Shown: positions 8,744 through 16,217 of the stretch, piece by piece
How positions within the stretch are numbered: position 1 is the stretch's first letter
Layout: each line of letters starts with the position of its first letter
NCBI GenBank assembly: GCA_014238855.1
Contig: JABAAH010000008.1
Span: 8,580 to 72,579 of the forward strand
Direction: 5' to 3'
DNA: 64,000 bases
From: Planctomycetota bacterium
GTDB taxonomy: Bacteria; Planctomycetota; Planctomycetia; Pirellulales; UBA1268
The notes under the pieces: model-generated
Told to the model about the DNA's origin: nothing
Databases searched by the model: none
What the model saw: the letters and a program-made list of their open reading frames with translations, nothing else
Translations under genes and position numbers: made by a program

Positions 8744-8820
8744 ATACATCGGCGAGTTCTTATTTAGTCCGCACAAAGGTACTTATTTCGTGTTTTCGCA
8801 ATGTATACTTGGTGAGAGAT

Positions 8821-10050
8821 ATGCAAGCAAAGCGGAGACAGCGGATTATGGCGGTCACTTTTTCTACCCTGACATCGAGATGTATTGTCGTAGTGTGGAT
8901 AGCGATTCATGCAGGCAATGTCGTCAGTGCTGATGAACAAACCACAACACCATTACGACCAATTCAGACAACGCCCCGCGATTCTTCAGAAAGAGTCGAT
9001 CCATCAATCAGCAATCGTCTTAGCCTTACCGAGCGAGAGCGACTTTACGACAAGGTTGTTCGTGATGCACGACAATTGGAAATGCAAGGTGCACAACTTC
9101 GCCGGCTCTCGGTTCTTCTAAGACCTGCTGTCGTACACATCGATGCACGAAAGTCGAATAGCCGCGGACGCGTATCAAGCGATGAGGAAGAAACCGGCTC
9201 TGGAGTGATTACAAATCTTGCTGACAAAGTCGTTGTTATCACAAATCGACACGTCATCCACAGAGCAGACCTAGAAAATATCACGATCCGGCTCGATGAT
9301 GGACGAGAGCTCCAACCGTCTCGGGTCTGGACAGATAGCGACACAGACATTGGTGTCATGCTCATTGACGAGTCACATTTACCAACTGCTCGTCTTGCCG
9401 AAGGTGAGGGAGTGCAGATTGGCGACACCGTCCTTGCAATCGGCAGCCCCTTCGGGCTATCTCACAGCGTGACTCTCGGCATTGTCTCAGCAAAAGGTCG
9501 GCGAGACCTTGACTTAGGTGAGGGTGGCATTCGTTTCCAAAATTTTATTCAAACAGATGCGGCGATTAATCCAGGCAATAGTGGTGGGCCACTAATAAAT
9601 CTGCGTGGTGAGGTTGTCGGACTCAACACCTGCATCGCAAGCAGCTCAGGCGGTAGTGAAGGCATCGGTTTTGCGATCCCTATCTCGATGGTGATGTTTG
9701 TAGCCCGCCAACTCGTAGAAACTGGGACTGTGTCTCGAGCCTACCTCGGCGTTGCGCTCGATAAAAAATTTGCCCTCACCACAGCCCATAATCTTGGCAT
9801 GACTCGGCCAGTTGGTGCCCTTGTCACCGGCATTACACCTGGTTCTCCTGCAGAAGAAATTGGGCTACTCCCAAATGATGTAATTTTAGAGTTTGATGGA
9901 GAACCAATTGACGATGATGACCATCTTGTCAGCTTAGTCAGCATGACTCCTACGAACGAGGAAGTACGAATCCGGGTTTTCCGGAACGGCCAGCCTCTCT
10001 CGCTTGAGGTAACAGTAGCATCTCGCGAGGCATTCGAGCAGCAAAAATAA
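8821..10050 (+). CDS. HtrA/DegP-like trypsin-type serine protease with C-terminal PDZ domain
   Basis: I chose the start at the ATG at 8821 (MQAKRRQRIMAVTF..., a signal anchor). The track start at 8713 would overlap the DksA-like gene. The catalytic triad contexts are ITNRHVI, DIGVMLI and GNSGGPL. The PDZ-like tail is GALVTGITPGSPAEEIGLLPNDVILEFDG. Confidence 0.85.
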   Translation: MQAKRRQRIMAVTFSTLTSRCIVVVWIAIHAGNVVSADEQTTTPLRPIQTTPRDSSERVDPSISNRLSLTERERLYDKVVRDARQLEMQGAQLRRLSVLLRPAVVHIDARKSNSRGRVSSDEEETGSGVITNLADKVVVITNRHVIHRADLENITIRLDDGRELQPSRVWTDSDTDIGVMLIDESHLPTARLAEGEGVQIGDTVLAIGSPFGLSHSVTLGIVSAKGRRDLDLGEGGIRFQNFIQTDAAINPGNSGGPLINLRGEVVGLNTCIASSSGGSEGIGFAIPISMVMFVARQLVETGTVSRAYLGVALDKKFALTTAHNLGMTRPVGALVTGITPGSPAEEIGLLPNDVILEFDGEPIDDDDHLVSLVSMTPTNEEVRIRVFRNGQPLSLEVTVASREAFEQQK

Positions 10051-10074
10051 ATATGGCTTCAAGCGAAGGCTTTC

Positions 10075-11130
10075 CTATCGCTGCGCTTGCTGAGAAAACT
10101 TCACAAGGTCGTGCAATTTCTGCTTTGCCTTTCCCGTATCAATCGCTTGCTCAGCAAGCACCCTCACCTCCGGAAGACCAGCCGCTCTGCCAGCTGCCCA
10201 CAACACGGCAGCGGCGTTGAGGAGAACGACGTCACGAGCCGGGCCGAGTTCGCCAGATAATACCTTTGTAATACATGCCGCGCTCTCTGCAGCACTGGCT
10301 ACAAGAAGTTCATTTCTTTTTGATTCAGAAGCTGTTTTGATGCCAAAGTCTTCGGGAGTCCAATACAGCTTCCTGCATTCTCGAGAAGACACATCAATGA
10401 CTTGTGTTGGTGCAAAAAGCCCAACTTCATCGATACCATCTTCTGAAGAAACGATGACGGCTCTTTGTAAACCAGCAAGCTGAGCTGCTCTGGCTACCGC
10501 TTCCTCTGCTCCGGGGCGACCGACACCAATTACTTGAACCGTAACAGGGGCCGGATTACACAACGGACCAACGAGATTAAACACCGTTGGCTTTCCGACA
10601 CGACGACGTACTGGCCCGACTTTCGCCATCGCCGGATGGTGGGCTGGAGCATAGCAAAAACAAATACCTACATTCGCAAGGCACTCAGCAACCATCTCCA
10701 CTGGAATGTCGAGACACACACCAAGATGTTCAAGTACATCCGCTGAGCCTGTCTTACTTGAAACTGCACGATTGCCATGCTTAGCGACGGGGAGCCCCAC
10801 TGCTGCTACAACAATCGCCGTTGCTGTTGAAATATTAAACGTACCTGAACCATCGCCACCAGTTCCGCAGGTATCCACAATCGGACCAGAAACAGATGTC
10901 TTCAATGGCACCATCCGTTGTCGCAGTGCATCAACAACACCAATAATCTCCTCAGCCGACGGTATCCGCGTGGTTGAACCTTTGAGCCAGGTTTCAAAGT
11001 CAGCAAGTGGCATTTTGTTCTCGAGGACTATGTCGAGAAGTCTTGTGATTGTAGTCCGGTCGAGTGACTCTCCTTCACAGTCAGCTTGCAAAACCTGCCG
11101 ACGTACTTGATTAATGAGACTCTTGTCCAT
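10075..11130 (-). CDS. trpD: anthranilate phosphoribosyltransferase
   Basis: 351 aa. It carries CGTGGDGSGTFNISTATAIVVAAVGLPVAKHGNRAVSSKTGSADVLEHLG, the canonical TrpD signature. Confidence 0.9.
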   Translation of the reverse strand: MDKSLINQVRRQVLQADCEGESLDRTTITRLLDIVLENKMPLADFETWLKGSTTRIPSAEEIIGVVDALRQRMVPLKTSVSGPIVDTCGTGGDGSGTFNISTATAIVVAAVGLPVAKHGNRAVSSKTGSADVLEHLGVCLDIPVEMVAECLANVGICFCYAPAHHPAMAKVGPVRRRVGKPTVFNLVGPLCNPAPVTVQVIGVGRPGAEEAVARAAQLAGLQRAVIVSSEDGIDEVGLFAPTQVIDVSSRECRKLYWTPEDFGIKTASESKRNELLVASAAESAACITKVLSGELGPARDVVLLNAAAVLWAAGRAAGLPEVRVLAEQAIDTGKAKQKLHDLVKFSQQAQR

Positions 11131-11279
11131 TTTTCATCCCGCAATAAACCAAAATCAATTGAATCCTAGAAGCCAGTACAGCACCACCAGAACTCGTGCT
11201 CCGCAAGCCTACAGACTACTACACTTCAAGCCAATAATGTCATGTTTCCGTACTCGACATGGAACGCTACCATGCCGAC

Positions 11280-12221
11280 ATGGCAAAAAAAGTAATTATT
11301 GATGTAGACCCAGGAATCGACGATGCCATAGCCCTCGCTATTGCATTGTTTGACCCTCGTTTGGAAGTTCTTGCTGTCACTGCAACCGGCGGAAACGTCT
11401 CTTCCGAACAAGCCACAAACAACCTTCAAGCGATCATCGCGTATCTTGATCCACCTCGAACTCCACGGATTGGAATTGCCTTAGAAAATACCATCCTCCC
11501 GGAGCGATCAGTGACCATGGATGGCCCCGACGGATTAGGTGGTCTCCACCTCCCTGCGGTTCCCCTGCACAGTGCGCACGCCGCAGAAAAAGTTATGTGG
11601 GAGACAATTCGGGCCCATCCCCGAGAAGTCACTTTCCTCGGCCTGGGACCACCCACAAATCTATCGCGCTTACTCCGTCGTGACCCCAGCATTGTAGAAT
11701 TACTCGGCGACACGATTCTCTGCGGGGGAACACTGCATGCACATGGCGGTGCTAGCCCAGTCGCAGATTTCAACTTTTATTGCGACCCCGCAGCTGCCCG
11801 TCACGTTGTTTGCGAACCCTTTAAAAAATCCTTGATTCCCTTAGAAACATCGTCACAGGTGACCTTCGGACTCGAGATGCTTGAACAACTTCCTGATGCA
11901 TCTACACGTGCTGGAAAAATTTCTCATCGCATGCTGAGTCATGCGTTTCGTGCACACCGACAACTCTTGGGCAGTGAAGGCATTCATCTTCATGATGTCG
12001 TTGCTCTTGTTGCCGTAACGAACCCAGAACTCTTTCACCAAGAGACCGTTGCTGCTGACATTGAGACTGCCGGCGAGCTCACATCAGGAATGCTGGTTAT
12101 CGACCGCCGTCATGTCTCACAATGGAAGCCAAACCTTGACGTTTTCACCCACTGCGACTCTGCCGCTGTAAAAGACTGTATCCTTCGGGGGCTCCGTTTG
12201 GCAGCTGACGCAACACCCTAA
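11280..12221 (+). CDS. nucleoside hydrolase (inosine/uridine-preferring family)
   Basis: The N-terminal DxDxxxDD motif, VIIDVDPGIDDAIAL, follows the ATG at 11280 directly. The track start at 11259 would add 7 residues. Confidence 0.85.
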   Translation: MAKKVIIDVDPGIDDAIALAIALFDPRLEVLAVTATGGNVSSEQATNNLQAIIAYLDPPRTPRIGIALENTILPERSVTMDGPDGLGGLHLPAVPLHSAHAAEKVMWETIRAHPREVTFLGLGPPTNLSRLLRRDPSIVELLGDTILCGGTLHAHGGASPVADFNFYCDPAAARHVVCEPFKKSLIPLETSSQVTFGLEMLEQLPDASTRAGKISHRMLSHAFRAHRQLLGSEGIHLHDVVALVAVTNPELFHQETVAADIETAGELTSGMLVIDRRHVSQWKPNLDVFTHCDSAAVKDCILRGLRLAADATP

Positions 12222-12397
12222 AGACGCGAAAGAAATAACAACAATACTGCTTTCCAGAAACGGCGTTACTCAAACTTAGTGACGTAAGGCGAAGTCATGA
12301 ATTACTGACCCTACAAACCCCCTAAGCAAACTAACTTGAGCATACCTTACGCATATCTTGTGCATGCCTCGTGTTACCCCCTGCATTCCCTTTTCAA

Positions 12398-13225
12398 TCA
12401 GATGAGTGGCACAACCAATCCGTCATAAGCCAACTCCATACCCGTTGGTAACTCGGATGCAACTTTTGCATGTTCGATTTCATGAGACATATGAATAAAT
12501 AGTGTCCTGCGGGCTCCAATTCGCTCCGCTTCTGCCACTGCTTCATTGATCGAAAAATGTGTTGGGTGATGTGATGGCCGTAAACAATCCAACACAAGAA
12601 CATCAAGACCTTCAAGCAACGGCCGCGTCTGCTCCGGAATTTTATTTGTATCGGTGCAATAGGCAACGTTCCCAACCCGAAATCCAAGTACTTCAAAAGC
12701 ACCATGATGCAAACGTAATGGAATAACAGTCGCCCCAAGCAATTCAAAGGGACTCAGACCGATTTGATGGAGGGTCATCTTTGGAAGACCTCCTCCGATT
12801 ACAACCGGCTCCTGAAAAGCATAGTCGAATGCTCGACGAATCCGCTGCTCTACACGCGGTTCGCAATACACCGGCAGAGCACCACCTTTCCGAAAACACA
12901 GCGGCCGAATGTCATCGAGACCGTACACATGATCCACGTGATCATGTGTGTAGAGTATTGCATCGACCGACCCAATCCTTTCCCGCAAAAGCTGTGCGCG
13001 AAGATCAGGAGTGGTATCAATCAGCAATGTTCCTTCAGGCAAACCAAAGACCACGCTCGTTCGTGTTCGATGGTTTCTTGTGTCACTGCTTGTACAGATA
13101 GCACAACCACAGCCAACAACTGGCACTCCGACGCTTGTGCCAGTGCCGAGAAAAACTAATTCACCCCGAAGGCTTCGACTCGATGCAACTTTAAAGTGGG
13201 ACGAAGACATAAGAAGGAGAACCAT
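12398..13225 (-). CDS. MBL-fold metallo-hydrolase (PhnP/ElaC-like)
   Basis: It has FLGTGTSVGVPVVGCGC and the HxHxDH motif YTHDHVDH. The start may be M1 (13225) or M6. Confidence 0.8.
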   Translation of the reverse strand: MVLLLMSSSHFKVASSRSLRGELVFLGTGTSVGVPVVGCGCAICTSSDTRNHRTRTSVVFGLPEGTLLIDTTPDLRAQLLRERIGSVDAILYTHDHVDHVYGLDDIRPLCFRKGGALPVYCEPRVEQRIRRAFDYAFQEPVVIGGGLPKMTLHQIGLSPFELLGATVIPLRLHHGAFEVLGFRVGNVAYCTDTNKIPEQTRPLLEGLDVLVLDCLRPSHHPTHFSINEAVAEAERIGARRTLFIHMSHEIEHAKVASELPTGMELAYDGLVVPLI

Positions 13226-13812
13226 TACTCATCTGTAAATCTTTTTTGAATCGTACGTCTCTTATAAAACGTACCAGATTCTACAGGTCTCCGTAGAGTA
13301 GTGCCACCGAAGAAGAACTCTTCTCCAGAGGACGCACTTCTCAACAGGACGTAATTCTCAACGCAACAGAACAACGACTTGACATCACATCCCAAGCATA
13401 CTTCGAATCCTCGAGCCTTCATAAACTTGGAAGGCAACACTTCTTCTTGAGAATATTTTTTTGCTGTTTGCGTCTCACTGCGAAAATTGTGTCTTGCTAG
13501 ATCTCAGGTTGCATGAGAGAAGCCGATGGCACGAGTTGGTAAAGATTTTTATTTTGCGTGCCCTGCCTGCGGTGACACCATCTCGCTAATTATCTTTCCT
13601 GGTGGATCTATCTATCACCGAGCCTGATTACTGATCCGGATCACGAAGCTGATCGCCAGCTATCGGGTACTATCTATAAAACCCTGACACACATCCACAA
13701 ACGATTCAGGACCATAGTGGTTACGACTACTCGGGGTTCACCCAAGGACCTATTCTTGATTGATATTCATTACCAGAAGCGGTGGGCGACTCTCCTTTCT
13801 CGTGCGAGCAAT

Positions 13813-13829
13813 CCGCAGCGAGGCTGCGG
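13813..13829. other. perfect 7-bp stem with a 3-nt loop (ccgcagc gag gctgcgg) inside the long non-coding gap
   Basis: Read directly from the sequence. No adjacent T-tract. Confidence 0.5.
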
Positions 13830-14070
13830 TTAAACAATATTGAGACCCTTTGGTCAAAACGAGCCTGCCGCACAACTTTTCGGCATATCCCCAAAGACTT
13901 AATGTTGGCGAATGATTTGCACGCCAGACATGAATTGCATTCTTGCTGCTCTTCACCGATCCAACTGCTCACGGAAGTACTGTGAACCGGTTTATGTTGC
14001 ACCAACCCGATTGATTGCCTCATGGATTAAAAACGGGTATCACTATGGTTCTTTTCGAACCACCACATGA

Positions 14071-14136
14071 ACTTTTTGTCAACTATACACTTTTTGCCAC
14101 CTACACACTTTTTCTGTCACCTACACGTGGTACCTA
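14071..14136 (+). repeat. three to four imperfect tandem copies of ACTTTTT-N3-5-CA(A/C)CTA(CAC) abutting the esterase start codon
   Basis: actttttgtcaacta / tacactttttgccaccta / cacactttttctgtcaccta / cacgtggtaccta. The ATG is at 14140. Confidence 0.6.
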
Positions 14137-14139
14137 TCC

Positions 14140-15723
14140 ATGCAACGCCTTTTGATAATTGTCACGCTCTGCCTGTTCTCACCAGTGATGGCCTCGGCGG
14201 AATTGTCTCTACCCAACGTCTTCAGCGATCACATGGTGCTGCAGCGCGAGCAAGCGGTATCCATTTGGGGAACGGCAACGCCAGGCTCCCGAGTCAAAGC
14301 TAATTTCAAAGGTCGACAAAAAAGCACCGACACTAATACAGCCGGTCGCTGGCACGTTCGAATCTCGACTGGCAAAGCCGATGGGCAAGGTGCAACGCTG
14401 ACCATCCAATCGGGTAGTCAAACGGTAGTGATCGAGGACGTGCTGGTTGGTGAAGTGTGGCTCGCATCAGGACAATCAAACATGGTGTTCTCAATGAATC
14501 GAGTTCCATCCTACGCGGAGATCATCGCAACATCGGCCTATCCTCAAATCCGTATGTTCAATGCACCAAACGTAACGGCCGTTGAGCCACAGGACAACAT
14601 CGAGGGGAAGTGGTCAACATGCAGTCCGGCGACCGTTCCTGACTATTCCGCCGTTGCTTTTTTCTTCGCTCGGAAATTACACCAAGAACTTGAGGTGCCG
14701 ATCGGGGTGATCAAGTCCGCATGGGGTGGCAAGCCAGTAGAGACATTTACAAGCCGCAAAGCCCTACAAACATTGCCAGGAACCAAGGCGCTGGTGGAAG
14801 CAACGCTACGCGCCGATGCAGCGTATGACGAAGTCACGGCGCAGACTGCTTACCAGCGTCGTCTAGCAAAATGGAAAACTGTGGCATCGGAACGAAGAAC
14901 ACAACCTGCAGCAGAGCGAAAGCGACTACCACGAAAGCCAGCCACACCCAAACGCCCACTCACGACTGAGGGCAAGCCAGGAGTGCTGTTCAATTCAATG
15001 ATCCATCCATTCATAGGCTTCACGATCCGGGGTGTCATTTGGTATCAGGGGGAGGCAAATGCGAAGCCTGGAGCCGTTCCCTACGACCAAACCCTGCCAT
15101 TGATGATTCGTGATTGGCGACAACGATGGAACGATGACTTTTCTTTTTACTTTGTTCAACTAGCGAACTTTCGTGCACCATCTACAAAACCTGGCACACC
15201 GGATCTTTGGGCATTACTACAAGATCGGATGCGTCAGATCTTGCAGACAACACCCAAAACAGGAATGGCGGTCATCAATGACGTTGGTGAAGCAAAAGAC
15301 ATTCATCCGAAGAATAAAAAAGATCCTGGTGAGCGACTTGCAAGATGGGCTCTTGCAAAGGATTATGGCTACGACATCGTCTACTCTGGACCTCTCTATC
15401 GGTCCAGCGAGGTCAAGGACGGAGCGATCAGAGTCACATTCGATCAATGCGGTGACGGTCTTCGTGCAAGAGATGGCGGCATACTCAATCGATTCGAAAT
15501 TTCTGGAGACGATCGGGTCTGGTATTGGGCTGATGCGAATGTTGACGGCACCGATGGCGTGTTGGTCAGCAGTGCTCGCGTGCCCCAACCCGTTGCGGTG
15601 CGTTACGCGTGGGCGGCCAATCCTCAAGGTGCAAATCTGGTCAATAGCGAGAACCTCCCGGCTTCCATTTTCCGTACCGATAACTGGGATGATGTTGAAG
15701 CGTTGCCCATTCCAGGGGGGTAA
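14140..15723 (+). CDS. secreted sialate O-acetylesterase-like (SASA/SGNH-type) esterase
   Basis: It has a signal peptide (MQRLLIIVTLCLFSPVMASA). The catalytic-Ser block is GEVWLASGQSNM and the second block is IRGVIWYQGEAN, both typical of the family. Confidence 0.75.
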   Translation: MQRLLIIVTLCLFSPVMASAELSLPNVFSDHMVLQREQAVSIWGTATPGSRVKANFKGRQKSTDTNTAGRWHVRISTGKADGQGATLTIQSGSQTVVIEDVLVGEVWLASGQSNMVFSMNRVPSYAEIIATSAYPQIRMFNAPNVTAVEPQDNIEGKWSTCSPATVPDYSAVAFFFARKLHQELEVPIGVIKSAWGGKPVETFTSRKALQTLPGTKALVEATLRADAAYDEVTAQTAYQRRLAKWKTVASERRTQPAAERKRLPRKPATPKRPLTTEGKPGVLFNSMIHPFIGFTIRGVIWYQGEANAKPGAVPYDQTLPLMIRDWRQRWNDDFSFYFVQLANFRAPSTKPGTPDLWALLQDRMRQILQTTPKTGMAVINDVGEAKDIHPKNKKDPGERLARWALAKDYGYDIVYSGPLYRSSEVKDGAIRVTFDQCGDGLRARDGGILNRFEISGDDRVWYWADANVDGTDGVLVSSARVPQPVAVRYAWAANPQGANLVNSENLPASIFRTDNWDDVEALPIPGG

Positions 15724-16092
15724 AATAAAGAGCCGCGGAAGTCTGTGATTAAGAAAGCGCCTGACCTCATCCAGATGACGCACTGTTTTCAAAGCTTAGC
15801 AAGGCTAGAAACAGTTGATTTTGATACTCAGAGGACGTACGACCAACACTAAAAAGTTGCTCTGACAGGGCACTTCATGAAAAGGGCAGCTCCCCAAATC
15901 GACTTCGTAGACCACTGAGAACATCGCCGTTTCCAGCACTATTTCACGATTTACGAAAACTGCCGACCATCAAAGACCAAAAATAACCGAAAGATAGACA
16001 TCGTTACTCTGGAAATAAAATTGGGAGTAACCTTGACCCCCTGCCACTATCGCTGTGAGAATTAGATATATTGGTATTTCAGCGAGCACCTC

Positions 16093-16123
16093 CACGCATG
16101 CTTTTTAAATATGCGTGCTTTTC
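16093..16123 (+). promoter_or_regulatory. hairpin (cacgcat-11 nt-atgcgtg) followed by CTTTTC, about 95 nt upstream of secA
   Basis: Read directly. It could be a terminator or attenuator-like element or a leader structure. The function is not established. Confidence 0.3.
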
Positions 16124-16217
16124 GAATAACTGATGTCGCCATGCGTTCGACAAGCGGTAAAGCTGACGACCGCAGACCACAATTGCCGGCTATTTCCTTT
16201 CCTCTTACATTACCATC

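Noticed and set aside
8713-8820. N-terminal extension of the HtrA-like ORF overlapping the DksA-like gene
   Set aside because: The extension has no signal-peptide character and overlaps the zinc-finger gene by 31 nt. The ATG at 8821 yields a normal signal anchor.
10706-11110. 134-aa ORF antisense to trpD
   Set aside because: It is nested in a gene with a canonical TrpD signature. The Ser/Thr/Pro-rich translation is typical of an antisense shadow.
13225-13440. 71-aa ORF (GTG start) whose TAA stop overlaps the MBL-hydrolase ATG as TAATG
   Set aside because: The TAATG junction looks like translational coupling. However, the peptide (..CLGCDVKSLFCCVENYV..GEEFFFGG..) has an unconvincing composition, no motif and a weak start. 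The hydrolase may actually start at its sixth codon. I did not call it, but it is worth a Ribo-seq look.
13606-13680. Resemblance to the 3' half of a TPP riboswitch (TATCACC..CTGATCCGGAT..GCCAGC)
   Set aside because: The obligatory CUGAGA element and the P1/P2 pairing partners are absent upstream. The spacing is wrong. No thiamine gene is nearby. The similarity is explained by the TGATCCGGATCA palindrome.
13727-14023. 98-aa, 68-aa and 67-aa overlapping ORFs in the long gap
   Set aside because: They overlap one another on both strands, have no motifs, and are of the size expected by chance in about 900 bp of roughly 50% GC DNA.
14047-14067. tRNA/tmRNA-like T-arm with a CCA-like tail (ggttc-ttttc-gaacc-accaca)
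   Set aside because: The loop is 5 nt instead of the 7-nt T-loop consensus. No acceptor-stem partner or GGGG 5' end is present, and no tag-peptide reading frame was found.
15173-15792. Two 191-aa ORFs (one per strand) overlapping the 3' half of the esterase gene
   Set aside because: Both are fully nested in a gene with clear family motifs. Neither has a recognisable domain. I treat them as frame shadows.
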